From a virus (Duplodnaviria > Caudoviricetes): a stretch of 33,680 nt of DNA. The DNA lies in the IMG/VR virus record IMGVR_UViG_3300012933_000217, positions 1 through 33,680 of that record, one strand, 5' to 3'. Position 1 is the first letter of the stretch, and the number at the start of each line of letters is the position of its first letter. The translations under genes were made by a program, and so were the position numbers. Shown here one piece after another: positions 22,946 through 31,352 of this stretch. The notes beneath the pieces are model-generated. The model was not told the DNA's origin. It saw only the letters and a program-made list of their open reading frames with translations, and ran no database searches.

Positions 22946-24694
22946 TTATGCCATCATCTTTCCAAATGAGCCGCCTCGACGCTTGCTGTCGGCCACCGCC
23001 GCCTTGGTTGCTTCCATGATTCTTGGCATCATACCAATGACCTCCGCGCGGACGGTCTGAGAAACGCCAGCCGACAGGTTGATTGTTTGATGGACGGTCA
23101 CGCCGCCGCCGCCGCTTGGGTCGTTGTCAATTGAACCTGAAGAGCGTGGAACGAATATCTCAGGGCCGTTTTCGCCAACCAAATACGACTGACCGCCCGT
23201 CACAGGGCCACCCATGGCTCGCGCACCGTCTACCTTGCCTGGATTAATATAGCTGTCCAAAAAGCTAGTTCCTGCCTTCACCAAAGGGTCGGTGATCGAC
23301 TTTTGAATCTGGATGCGGATTAGATCGCGGATGATCGAGTTAGCCATGTCCTTAAACGATAGCTTTCCACCCATGGCAGCATCGGCCATCATATTGGTGA
23401 AATCCCTGCCCCATCCTTCTACAGCATATTTGAGTTCGGCAATTTGATCTTTTACTGGGTCAGTATTTTTAACAAAATCCTCGAATGCTTTTGCACTCGC
23501 GCGGTCGTATGTTTCCCAGCCGATTGAGCCTTCATTCACAAGAATATTCAAATCCGCAATGGTTTGGTTGTAGACCTCCATCGGAGTGCGCATCTCCTCT
23601 GTGATCTTTTTACCTTTGCTTAAACGATCAACTCTGTCTTGAAATGCTTTTTTTGCAAGTTCATCCGCTTCTCGGCCAGCAGCCTCAAGCTCGCGATCTT
23701 GCGATGACAACAATTCTTTTTGACGCAGCAAATCTTCATACTGCTTTATTTGTGGCTTTGTAACGCCTGTCATTCGAGAAAACTGAGCAACCGCAAGCTC
23801 GTTTTCTCCCTTTGTCATTTTTAGGATTTCGTCGTTTATGTCCTGCAGCTTCTTTGCGACTTCCTCAGCATTTTTGGCAACCGATGGGTCAAGAGGTTTG
23901 AGCGTAACTGAATCCGGCTTGACGAGCTCTGGGTTTACAAATCCACGACCACCACCGACACGGGACATTTTTTCAATGTCCATTACCTTTTCCATTTCTT
24001 TGTTGTAGAACTGGAGCAAAGGCAAAGCCTTCTCGCCTATCTTCTTTTGGATTTGCTGACTAAGCCATGAAAGTCTGTCGTTAAATGTGGCTGACTGATC
24101 TGCAAATTCAGTGCTCATTGATGCACCAAACTCTTTGATGCCAGCCGAGCCCTTGCTCAAAAACTCGTTCAGGTTTGCGCCAGACTTGCCAAACAAGGCC
24201 ATCTGGTATTGCGTCTTAACCGCGCCATCGTCAACGCGCGAAAAAGCGTCTGCAATGTCAGCCAAAACATCGGTGGTTGATCGAATCTTGCCCTCGGCAT
24301 CCTGCACAGAAACGCCAAGGCCAGAAAACGCAAGCGCCTGCTCCTTGCTGCCTGAAGCGGCCTCGGCGATGCTCTTGTTTAAACGAATGAGGGCGCTTCC
24401 AAGCTCCTCTTGGCTTGAACCTGCCAAGGCCGCTGTGTTTGACAGCGACGAAAGCGTTTCAACAGCGATGCCAGTGCGCTTGGACAGCTCATCCATGCTG
24501 TCGGCGATGTTGATGACGTTGCGCACATAGGTCAGAGCGCCAAGCGCAGCAATCGCGCCGCCAAGTCCAACCATCGCATTACGGACGCTGGACGTGGCTG
24601 CGTTGACCTGGCTAAGACCGCTTTGAACAGAGCGAAATGCGGCACCGGTTTTATCGGTCGCAAGAATGTCAATTTTTAGGTCTTGCGCTGCCAT
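22946..24694 (-). CDS. Tape measure protein
   Basis: Ala/Ser-rich helical 582 aa with C-terminal RAMGGPV...YLVGENGPEIFVP. Follows the chaperone genes. Confidence 0.9.
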   Translation of the reverse strand: MAAQDLKIDILATDKTGAAFRSVQSGLSQVNAATSSVRNAMVGLGGAIAALGALTYVRNVINIADSMDELSKRTGIAVETLSSLSNTAALAGSSQEELGSALIRLNKSIAEAASGSKEQALAFSGLGVSVQDAEGKIRSTTDVLADIADAFSRVDDGAVKTQYQMALFGKSGANLNEFLSKGSAGIKEFGASMSTEFADQSATFNDRLSWLSQQIQKKIGEKALPLLQFYNKEMEKVMDIEKMSRVGGGRGFVNPELVKPDSVTLKPLDPSVAKNAEEVAKKLQDINDEILKMTKGENELAVAQFSRMTGVTKPQIKQYEDLLRQKELLSSQDRELEAAGREADELAKKAFQDRVDRLSKGKKITEEMRTPMEVYNQTIADLNILVNEGSIGWETYDRASAKAFEDFVKNTDPVKDQIAELKYAVEGWGRDFTNMMADAAMGGKLSFKDMANSIIRDLIRIQIQKSITDPLVKAGTSFLDSYINPGKVDGARAMGGPVTGGQSYLVGENGPEIFVPRSSGSIDNDPSGGGGVTVHQTINLSAGVSQTVRAEVIGMMPRIMEATKAAVADSKRRGGSFGKMMA

Positions 24695-24836
24695 CTTTGC
24701 TCCGTTCTCGCTGAATCTTCAGCCATATCTGCCATTCGGTGAACTCCTCAACGCTCATTTCCTCAATCTCTGCGACTGTTTTATGTAATTTCTCAGCAAG
24801 AAAAAACATGAATTGGCGTTCAGGAGTCTCCGTTAG
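24669..24836 (-). CDS. Tail assembly chaperone gpT-like extension (-1 frameshift product)
   Basis: The -1 frame after A AAA AAC is open for 55 aa: LTETPERQFMFFLAEKLHKTVAEIEEMSVEEFTEW... Confidence 0.8.
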   Translation of the reverse strand, partial: LTETPERQFMFFLAEKLHKTVAEIEEMSVEEFTEWQIWLKIQRERSKDGSARPKN

Positions 24837-25171
24837 TTTTTTTCAAGACTCCCAAAGTCTACGCGCATGATCTCTGTCGAAATGCGCTCTAGGATGCGCG
24901 AATCAACAGCATTGCGAAGCGCGTGCTTGTCGTCAATGGTAAAGAGCTTTTCGCCGTTTTTGTCCAGCGACTTCATCACGACCAATTCAACAAGGGCGTC
25001 GATCTCACTGCCTGAAACCTTCGTTACGGCTTGGAGCTTTGCCTTGTCTTTGAGCGTGAAAGGCTCCACGTAAATCAGCAATGGCCCATTCTCATCACCC
25101 CATTCTGCAACCTCAATGGTCTTAGTTTGGAGCGTTTTAAAATGAGCCTTTGCAAGCTCAATCGCCTTCAT
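24833..25171 (-). CDS. Tail assembly chaperone (gpG-like)
   Basis: Between tail tube and tape measure; ends GAA AAA AAC TAA. Confidence 0.85.
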   Translation of the reverse strand: MKAIELAKAHFKTLQTKTIEVAEWGDENGPLLIYVEPFTLKDKAKLQAVTKVSGSEIDALVELVVMKSLDKNGEKLFTIDDKHALRNAVDSRILERISTEIMRVDFGSLEKN

Positions 25172-25560
25172 TAGCTTGCGGTGCTAAGTGACAGGGCGCC
25201 AGTGCCTTGCAATGTCAACGAAGCCTCGACCATGCCATCGAAGGAGCCGTTGACGGTCAAGCCGGTGACGATTGCAGAGCCTGTGAAGTATTTGTCGCCA
25301 GTTGTAGCGCCTTCTGGGTAGACGTTCAGCGTAACGCTTGAGCCAACGGTCAAAGCGCCTTGGCCTGTATCGCCTTCGTCCCAGAAAACGTCCACAGAAG
25401 CTGTGAAGCTCTTAAGGCCGGTCTTGTATGTGCGGCTTGCGTCGCCCATAGAAGTGTCCTCGATGGTGTCAGCGGTTTCGCTGATAGAGTAGCTGCGAAT
25501 TTCACCAACGGTGTCGCTGCCAACTTTGATTGTGCCTTCTGAGCCGGTGTGAGTTGCCAT
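25171..25560 (-). CDS. Tail tube (major tail) protein
   Basis: G.EG.IKVG, EDTSMGD..RTY..GLK, F.G.AIVT, LQGTGAL. Confidence 0.85.
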   Translation of the reverse strand: MATHTGSEGTIKVGSDTVGEIRSYSISETADTIEDTSMGDASRTYKTGLKSFTASVDVFWDEGDTGQGALTVGSSVTLNVYPEGATTGDKYFTGSAIVTGLTVNGSFDGMVEASLTLQGTGALSLSTAS

Positions 25561-25595
25561 TTTTAGCCCCTTTCAAGTTTTACTATTTTGCCACA

Positions 25596-26039
25596 TCAAG
25601 CGGCGGTTTCGATATCGTTTTCTCGCGCCGAGTAAATTATCTGCACGTTGAAATTTCCAACCCCGACGACCTTTTCGCCATCGCCAGAGTAATCGGCCTC
25701 AAAGCCGGTGATGTTGATCTGCTTGACCAAGGCGTTCAAGGCCGCGTTTGAATAAATCGCTTCCTCTATTTCGACCGCGATTGTGTCCAGCGTGTCGTCG
25801 AAATTTGTGTTCGCCATCAAATACGCTTCGACCGAAGCCTCAAGCTGGCGCATTTGCGTGCGTGGGCGGGTCATGGTGGAGTTAATGACCTCCTCGGATT
25901 TCGTGTAAACGCAAAGCCCTGGCAACTTGCCAGATTCCAGCGGATAGACGCGGCTGCGGTAAACGCGCGAACCAGTCGTTGTGAGGCCCGTCACAGCGGT
26001 CACAAGCGCATCGCGGATTTGCTTGCGGATGTGGCTCAT
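25596..26039 (-). CDS. Tail terminator protein
   Basis: MSHIRKQIRDA...RVY.SRVYPL...LP; position before the tail tube gene. Confidence 0.75.
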   Translation of the reverse strand: MSHIRKQIRDALVTAVTGLTTTGSRVYRSRVYPLESGKLPGLCVYTKSEEVINSTMTRPRTQMRQLEASVEAYLMANTNFDDTLDTIAVEIEEAIYSNAALNALVKQINITGFEADYSGDGEKVVGVGNFNVQIIYSARENDIETAA

Positions 26040-26341
26040 TGTTTCTCCAAAACGATCTCGGTCATGCCGGTGCCATCATCTTGCACGATGCGCGAAAGGT
26101 AAGTTGTGCCAGAGATCACGAAAGTGTCGCCTTCTGTGCAATTGACAACGTCTTGCGTGCGGCAAGTCAGCCGAGGTTGCTGAATGGCAAACCCAACGGT
26201 GCCACCAGAATCAACCTCAACGAATTGATTGTCGAAGATGGCCGTAATGGTCGCAGGTGAGCCGCCTTGAACTGTGTAGGTCACGGATTGGCCGAAGTCG
26301 GCCAAGAAAACCAATCGATCAGCGGCGGTCTCGACTGCCAT
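26036..26341 (-). CDS. Head-tail joining protein (gpFII-like)
   Basis: FLADFG..V.Y, AIFD, DDGTGMT...L. Confidence 0.75.
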   Translation of the reverse strand: MAVETAADRLVFLADFGQSVTYTVQGGSPATITAIFDNQFVEVDSGGTVGFAIQQPRLTCRTQDVVNCTEGDTFVISGTTYLSRIVQDDGTGMTEIVLEKQ

Positions 26342-26622
26342 TATTTAGCCTTCTTTGGACGCCCACGGCGAATCACTGGCTCTGCATCCGAAGATTCCAG
26401 ACCAATGCTTGTGTTTTGCAATTCATCGGTGTCGAAGCTGGTATTCTCCAGCTCGTCAATGGCGATGCTTTGTGCTTGAGCTTTTGGCGCTGCGTTTGTT
26501 TCAGAGCAGCGGCCATAGTTGATCAGGCTCTTTGCCTCGTAATCAGGCAAGTCAAGAACATCGCCAACACGGGCTTTGCCTTGACTTGTGATCGTGTTTC
26601 GATTAAACACTACGTGGGTCAT
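26341..26622 (-). CDS. Hypothetical head-region protein
   Basis: VGDVLDL...A..LI..G with basic tail RRGRPKKAK; coupled at both ends. Confidence 0.7.
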   Translation of the reverse strand: MTHVVFNRNTITSQGKARVGDVLDLPDYEAKSLINYGRCSETNAAPKAQAQSIAIDELENTSFDTDELQNTSIGLESSDAEPVIRRGRPKKAK

Positions 26623-26990
26623 GGCAGGTATTTCTTAACCGCGACCAAAGACACAGCGATCTCATAAGACGCGGTGCCTGCAACAGTACAAACAGCCTTC
26701 ACAAACTGCTTCATTTCGTTTGTGTTGATGCTGATTTTTTGATGGCTTGCAGCGTTGCCGACTTGCGTGAATGTCGCGCCAGTCACGTCTGTGTATGAAC
26801 CGCCAGATGTGTCGCTGTGAGTCAGTTTGACGTCACAAGTCGCGCCTGCACCGCCTGCACCGCAGTTCAAAATTACGGCAGCTTCCCCATCGTAATCAAC
26901 CAAATCAACGGCAGAGCCAGTCGTGGTTGTTGTGATCGTGTCAACGGGAATCAATGCAACGGCTGTTGCGTTATCGCCAAAATTAACCAT
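26619..26990 (-). CDS. Putative capsid decoration/cement protein
   Basis: Beta-rich 123 aa directly after the capsid gene; SD GGAG. Confidence 0.6.
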   Translation of the reverse strand: MVNFGDNATAVALIPVDTITTTTTGSAVDLVDYDGEAAVILNCGAGGAGATCDVKLTHSDTSGGSYTDVTGATFTQVGNAASHQKISINTNEMKQFVKAVCTVAGTASYEIAVSLVAVKKYLP

Positions 26991-27010
26991 TTCAATCTCC
27001 AGTAAAGATG

Positions 27011-27031
27011 AGGGGGGCTGTTAACCCCCCT
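27011..27031 (-). terminator. GC-rich hairpin after the capsid gene (terminator or mRNA stabiliser)
   Basis: Minus strand AGGGGGG-TTAACAG-CCCCCCT followed by CATCTTT (weak U tract). Confidence 0.5.
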
Positions 27032-27037
27032 TGTTCA

Positions 27038-29281
27038 TTAAGCGATATCAGCGTCGCCGTAGCAGAACGACACGGCGTTGCGCAAGGCAATGTCCACGTC
27101 CTGCAATGCAACCACGCGAACGGTGCCGCTGGTGCTGTTGCTGTAAGGGTCAACGGTCAGGTCGAGGCCAGACCAGAAGCCGATCAACAAGTCAGCAAAG
27201 TTGCCAAAGAACACGTCACCGGCGGTGACTTGGTTTGAAACTTCTGTGCGGTAGCCGTTCACAGTGTTGCCTGGTTCCCACACGAATTGACCAGCGGATG
27301 TGCTGGACTTCTCTGTGGTTTTCAACGAGCCGCGTTGTGCTGGGTTGAACAGATAGCTCATTGTGCCGATATCTGCGTTGTCAGCGGCAACTTCAGACTC
27401 CATTGCGACCAATTCAGCGAATGTGGGCGTAGTGGCTGCGAAGTCCTTGGTGTTCACGCCAGAGGTGGCCTTCACGCCTGTGGGCTGGTTGTTTGAGCCT
27501 GTACCGTACAAGGCAGCGGCGTCGATTGCCAAGGCGATGACTTGAGCCAAGTCACGGCGCACAAAGCTCTCAATGTCGATGCTCGACTGCAACATCAGCT
27601 TGCGGCTGAAATCGGTGTAAGCGCCCACGGTCTTTGGAGACATGGTCACTTGGGCCAGAGTTTGTTGGCTCTCTGTTGGAGCGCCAGACTCAGCCACCCA
27701 GTAAGCAGTCGCGCCAGCGGATTGCTTGGGGATTGCCACGTTGCCGACCAAGCCGTTCATTACGGTTGCGCCAGCGCGTTGCACCACAGAGCGATTGCGC
27801 AACATTTCGATGAACGAATCGGCCATCAAGTCAGTTGCAACGGTGTAGCCACCAGCGTTGGATGTGCCAACAGTCAGGTCACGCTTGCCGAAGATCACGT
27901 CGTTTGGCACGAAGATGCCTTGTGCTGCGCGGCCATAAGTCTTCACGGCTGCTTCAGATACTTCACGCTCGAAAGCGGCTGCATCTTGTGCGCGTTTGTC
28001 TTGTGGGTTAGCCATGGCGTTGATGGCCTTCAAGAAGCTGAATTGACGAACTTCTTTTTTGGTCAAACCGATTTCGGCTTGGATGGGAGCGTCAAAAGCG
28101 CGGCTTTCAACGGCAACGGTTGCGGAGTTTTCCATTTTCGTGTCCTTTCTTTCTGTCTCTGTGACTTGAGTATGTTGTGCCACTTCGACAGGGGTTTCGG
28201 TAATTTGTGGTTTTTCTACCACAGCTTCAGAGGTTGTATTCACGCTCTCGCTTCGACCAACGCCAACGGACGTGTCGGCAGGGATAGAAACGATCGACGC
28301 TTCAACAGGTCGCCAAGCAGTCGCGCGGTATGTTTTGCCATCAGCCTCTTTGACCATCTTGGAGATGGAGTAGCCGATAGAAACATTGCCACGGATTTGA
28401 TCGGCAACGTCTCCGTACACCTCCGAAGCCAATGCGCTCTTACCGAAACGCACTGTCGCCCGCAACTTGCGAGCCGAGCCATCGAGGGATACAGATTCGA
28501 TCACGCCAATTTGCTGTGACGGGTCATGGTCAAGCAATAAAGGCGCACGACCTGAGTTCATAAACTCGAGGTCAATTGAGTCGGAATTGTGGTCTAGGAT
28601 TTCGTCGCCATAGTAACGAGAAACAGGCGATTCGCTTGAAATAGACATTGACACGCGGCGGTCTGTCTCGGAATCAATGCGAGCTTCCATGGCGTCTGCG
28701 CGTGTCAGGCGTTCAGTTGATTTGCGCATGTCGTCCATCTCGACTTCGACCTCTTCGACAACATCCGCTTCGGTGGCAGTCTCTGCTTCAGCGGCCATCA
28801 CGGTCGCTTCTGCTTCGGCTTGTGCCTCAATGATTTCGGACAAGTCTTCTGTGTCAACGTGAACAGAAAGGCTCACCACTGCGCGTTCTTCGTTTGTCAT
28901 AACCGTTCCTTCAGGTTTTGCAGATTCTAACAACTCATTCGATGCTTGAGTATTTTTTTCAGCCGATCTGTCGCCTTGGATTTTTTCATACTCTCGCTCT
29001 GCCCAAGCGCGACCAGGGTCGCCGCCCCACAAAGCCCACGCGATGCGACCGTTTGACGGGTAGCCTTCCTCGCCAGGACGAAAGCCCTCAGCCTCTTTGT
29101 CAACCTCGTGACGCGCGAAATAGCTGACCATGCGGCCAACCGTCTCGTCCGAAAGATCGCGGCCATTCACAATATCTCGCGCCCGAGCGATGCCGACCTC
29201 AGTACCGCCACGGCCAAACTCATCGCGCCAATCAAGGCCGCGCTGAGCCTCTTCCTTCATCGCTTCATTCGGTACTGGCAT
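27038..29281 (-). CDS. Fusion: ~105-aa unknown domain + HK97-type prohead protease + major capsid protein
   Basis: Protease motifs EILDH, APLLLDHD..QQIG, NVSIGY, W.P.E.S.VSIPAD..VGVGR. Capsid motifs GGYTV, AYWVAE, FFGNF, DPYS...G.VRV...QDVD. Confidence 0.9.
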   Translation of the reverse strand: MPVPNEAMKEEAQRGLDWRDEFGRGGTEVGIARARDIVNGRDLSDETVGRMVSYFARHEVDKEAEGFRPGEEGYPSNGRIAWALWGGDPGRAWAEREYEKIQGDRSAEKNTQASNELLESAKPEGTVMTNEERAVVSLSVHVDTEDLSEIIEAQAEAEATVMAAEAETATEADVVEEVEVEMDDMRKSTERLTRADAMEARIDSETDRRVSMSISSESPVSRYYGDEILDHNSDSIDLEFMNSGRAPLLLDHDPSQQIGVIESVSLDGSARKLRATVRFGKSALASEVYGDVADQIRGNVSIGYSISKMVKEADGKTYRATAWRPVEASIVSIPADTSVGVGRSESVNTTSEAVVEKPQITETPVEVAQHTQVTETERKDTKMENSATVAVESRAFDAPIQAEIGLTKKEVRQFSFLKAINAMANPQDKRAQDAAAFEREVSEAAVKTYGRAAQGIFVPNDVIFGKRDLTVGTSNAGGYTVATDLMADSFIEMLRNRSVVQRAGATVMNGLVGNVAIPKQSAGATAYWVAESGAPTESQQTLAQVTMSPKTVGAYTDFSRKLMLQSSIDIESFVRRDLAQVIALAIDAAALYGTGSNNQPTGVKATSGVNTKDFAATTPTFAELVAMESEVAADNADIGTMSYLFNPAQRGSLKTTEKSSTSAGQFVWEPGNTVNGYRTEVSNQVTAGDVFFGNFADLLIGFWSGLDLTVDPYSNSTSGTVRVVALQDVDIALRNAVSFCYGDADIA

Positions 29282-30725
29282 CGCTTACCTCCGATGGTGC
29301 TGGCAGTTTGGGGCCAAACGGCTGGAAGGCCAGAGAGATTCCGAAGTCTTCAGCCAGCTCTTTTTCTGCCTTGATCTGGTCAAAAGTTTCCTCCACGTCG
29401 CGGCCATACTGGTTGGCAACGTCTTGCATCGAGAGGATGCCGTTGTTCAAGCCAACGACAGCCGCGTTCATTTCCTTGAGCGGGTCAACCCATTGGAAGC
29501 CGCGCGCGCGGAATACGGTTGCATCGGCGAATTTGTCAAAACGGCTTGATGGGATGGAGATGTAACGATTCTCCATGATTGATGCCAAGAAGTCGCGGTA
29601 AACCGGCTCAACGAAGTGTTGCACCAGCATATCCTGCATCACCTTCCACTGGTCGCGGTCTTCAATCGTGCCCTGGCGGATGGACGAGTAAGACACGCCT
29701 TCGAGATCGTTTGCAAGGCTGGTATATGAAACGCCAAGGCCAGATGCGATTCCGCGCAGAATCGCTTTCTCGAAGTCGGCAAACGCTGTTGTTGGATGCG
29801 TAGGGTCAAACGCTTGAAAACTAACGCCTTGCGGCAATTGGTGAAACGTACCTGGGTCAGCTTCCATCACTGGGATTTTTTCGTCCATGTCGTCGGCTGT
29901 GAAGCCATCGCCAGATGGTGATGTGAAGAAACCCATCTTCGACGCGCCGGTGCGTGCGGCCACAAGCTCTGCCTCGCGGTAGCCGTGAAGCATCTTCAAG
30001 CTGGCAATCGCAGGGGCCATCCATGGCACGCCACGCGTTTGCTGCGCACGCTCCATCAGGTAGTGGTGCAGGATTTTGTCGGCAGGTACGCGAATACGAG
30101 GGCCAGTCAAAGCCATCGTCATGTTGACATCGCCAGGGTGTTTTGTAAGCAGCCAATAAGCCACAGGACGACGGAATGGGTCAAGCTCCACGCTCATGCG
30201 AATGATGTTGCCGTTGGCCAAGTCGTCGTTGTAGTTCTCGTCCAGAAGGTCGGGCTCCAAAAATTCAAGCGCAAAGCCGAACTGGTTTGGATATGTCACC
30301 TTGCGAACCAAAACCTCGCCATCGCGAGCAAGCGATTCAACCCAGAAACGCTGGGCGTCAACCCACGAGAATCGGCCATCAACGGTGCAGGTGCCTTTCT
30401 TGCCCCACTTGTCCCACGCTGTCTCAATTGTCTTGTTGCCAAACGAATCAATCGCGCCGTTGTCGTTGCGAGCCTTAACCTGCAAGGTAACGCCGCGCTC
30501 GCCGACCACATTTGATTTGGCCAAGGCCAAAAATCGCTTGGCGTATTCGTTGTTGCGCGCGAGATCGCGGCATCGGTTGCGAAGAATCAAAAGCGCCGTT
30601 TTGATCTCTTGGTCTGCGGACTTGGATGACGCGATGAAGTCGCTGAACAAGCGCCCCGTGTTTGCGCCTGCATAAGACCGCTTTGCGACCTTTTTCTTGC
30701 GAGAAAAAATATCAAAAAGCGCCAT
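29265..30725 (-). CDS. Portal protein, lambda family
   Basis: LRNRCRDLARNN, RDGEV, QQTRGVPW, YSSIRQG, WVDPLKE. Confidence 0.93.
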   Translation of the reverse strand: MALFDIFSRKKKVAKRSYAGANTGRLFSDFIASSKSADQEIKTALLILRNRCRDLARNNEYAKRFLALAKSNVVGERGVTLQVKARNDNGAIDSFGNKTIETAWDKWGKKGTCTVDGRFSWVDAQRFWVESLARDGEVLVRKVTYPNQFGFALEFLEPDLLDENYNDDLANGNIIRMSVELDPFRRPVAYWLLTKHPGDVNMTMALTGPRIRVPADKILHHYLMERAQQTRGVPWMAPAIASLKMLHGYREAELVAARTGASKMGFFTSPSGDGFTADDMDEKIPVMEADPGTFHQLPQGVSFQAFDPTHPTTAFADFEKAILRGIASGLGVSYTSLANDLEGVSYSSIRQGTIEDRDQWKVMQDMLVQHFVEPVYRDFLASIMENRYISIPSSRFDKFADATVFRARGFQWVDPLKEMNAAVVGLNNGILSMQDVANQYGRDVEETFDQIKAEKELAEDFGISLAFQPFGPKLPAPSEVSDASTE

Positions 30726-31318
30726 CAATTACCCCCAAATCGTACTTGTACTGTCGCGCCCGTTGCTTGGCCGCGACGAATTCGCTCGCTGATTTGCTCT
30801 TTGCGAACCTCTGAGCGATAGTAATCACGCGCCTCAATCAGCTCTCGGAATGACATTTTCGTTAGACTGCGACCGGCCACCGAGTAGCTTGCAACATCCG
30901 AGTCGGCCTTGCCGGACAAGATGCTCTCAATCTTTGCCACCATGATCTCAGCGTGCGTGCGCGGGTCTGCGCCGTTGACGTCAAGATCGGCGATTGCCGT
31001 GAAATATCCGCGATCAACAACGATGCGGTTGTTGTCTGAGTTGCGCTTGATCTCAAGCTGCCAGTGATAAAGGCCTTGCACAAAGTCTGCTGAAGTTGTG
31101 CTTGAAACCGTGAAAAGATAGTCGCTTCCGCTGGCTGTGCCTACCACCTGAACTTCGGTGTTGCCGCCGCCTGTGATGCGTGCGACATAGGTGGCCGTGT
31201 AAGCGGTGTTCGGATAATCAGCGCCAAGGTCTATTCGTTTCCATTGAATGAAGTCGCCAGCGACAACCGTTTCCGGTTCAATCGTAGGAGCATTGGAAAC
31301 GTCAAAAAGGTTAGACAT
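30725..31318 (-). CDS. gpW-like head completion protein with N-terminal extension
   Basis: C-terminal SYSVAGRSLTKMS..EL...RDYY; located between terL and portal. Confidence 0.7.
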   Translation of the reverse strand: MSNLFDVSNAPTIEPETVVAGDFIQWKRIDLGADYPNTAYTATYVARITGGGNTEVQVVGTASGSDYLFTVSSTTSADFVQGLYHWQLEIKRNSDNNRIVVDRGYFTAIADLDVNGADPRTHAEIMVAKIESILSGKADSDVASYSVAGRSLTKMSFRELIEARDYYRSEVRKEQISERIRRGQATGATVQVRFGGN

Positions 31319-31352
31319 AGGCCACCCGTAGTTTGTGAGATTCTAGGATATT

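Noticed and set aside
27542-28519. 325-aa plus-strand ORF opposite the capsid gene
   Set aside because: Antisense shadow of a strongly biased coding frame, with no recognisable motifs or RBS.
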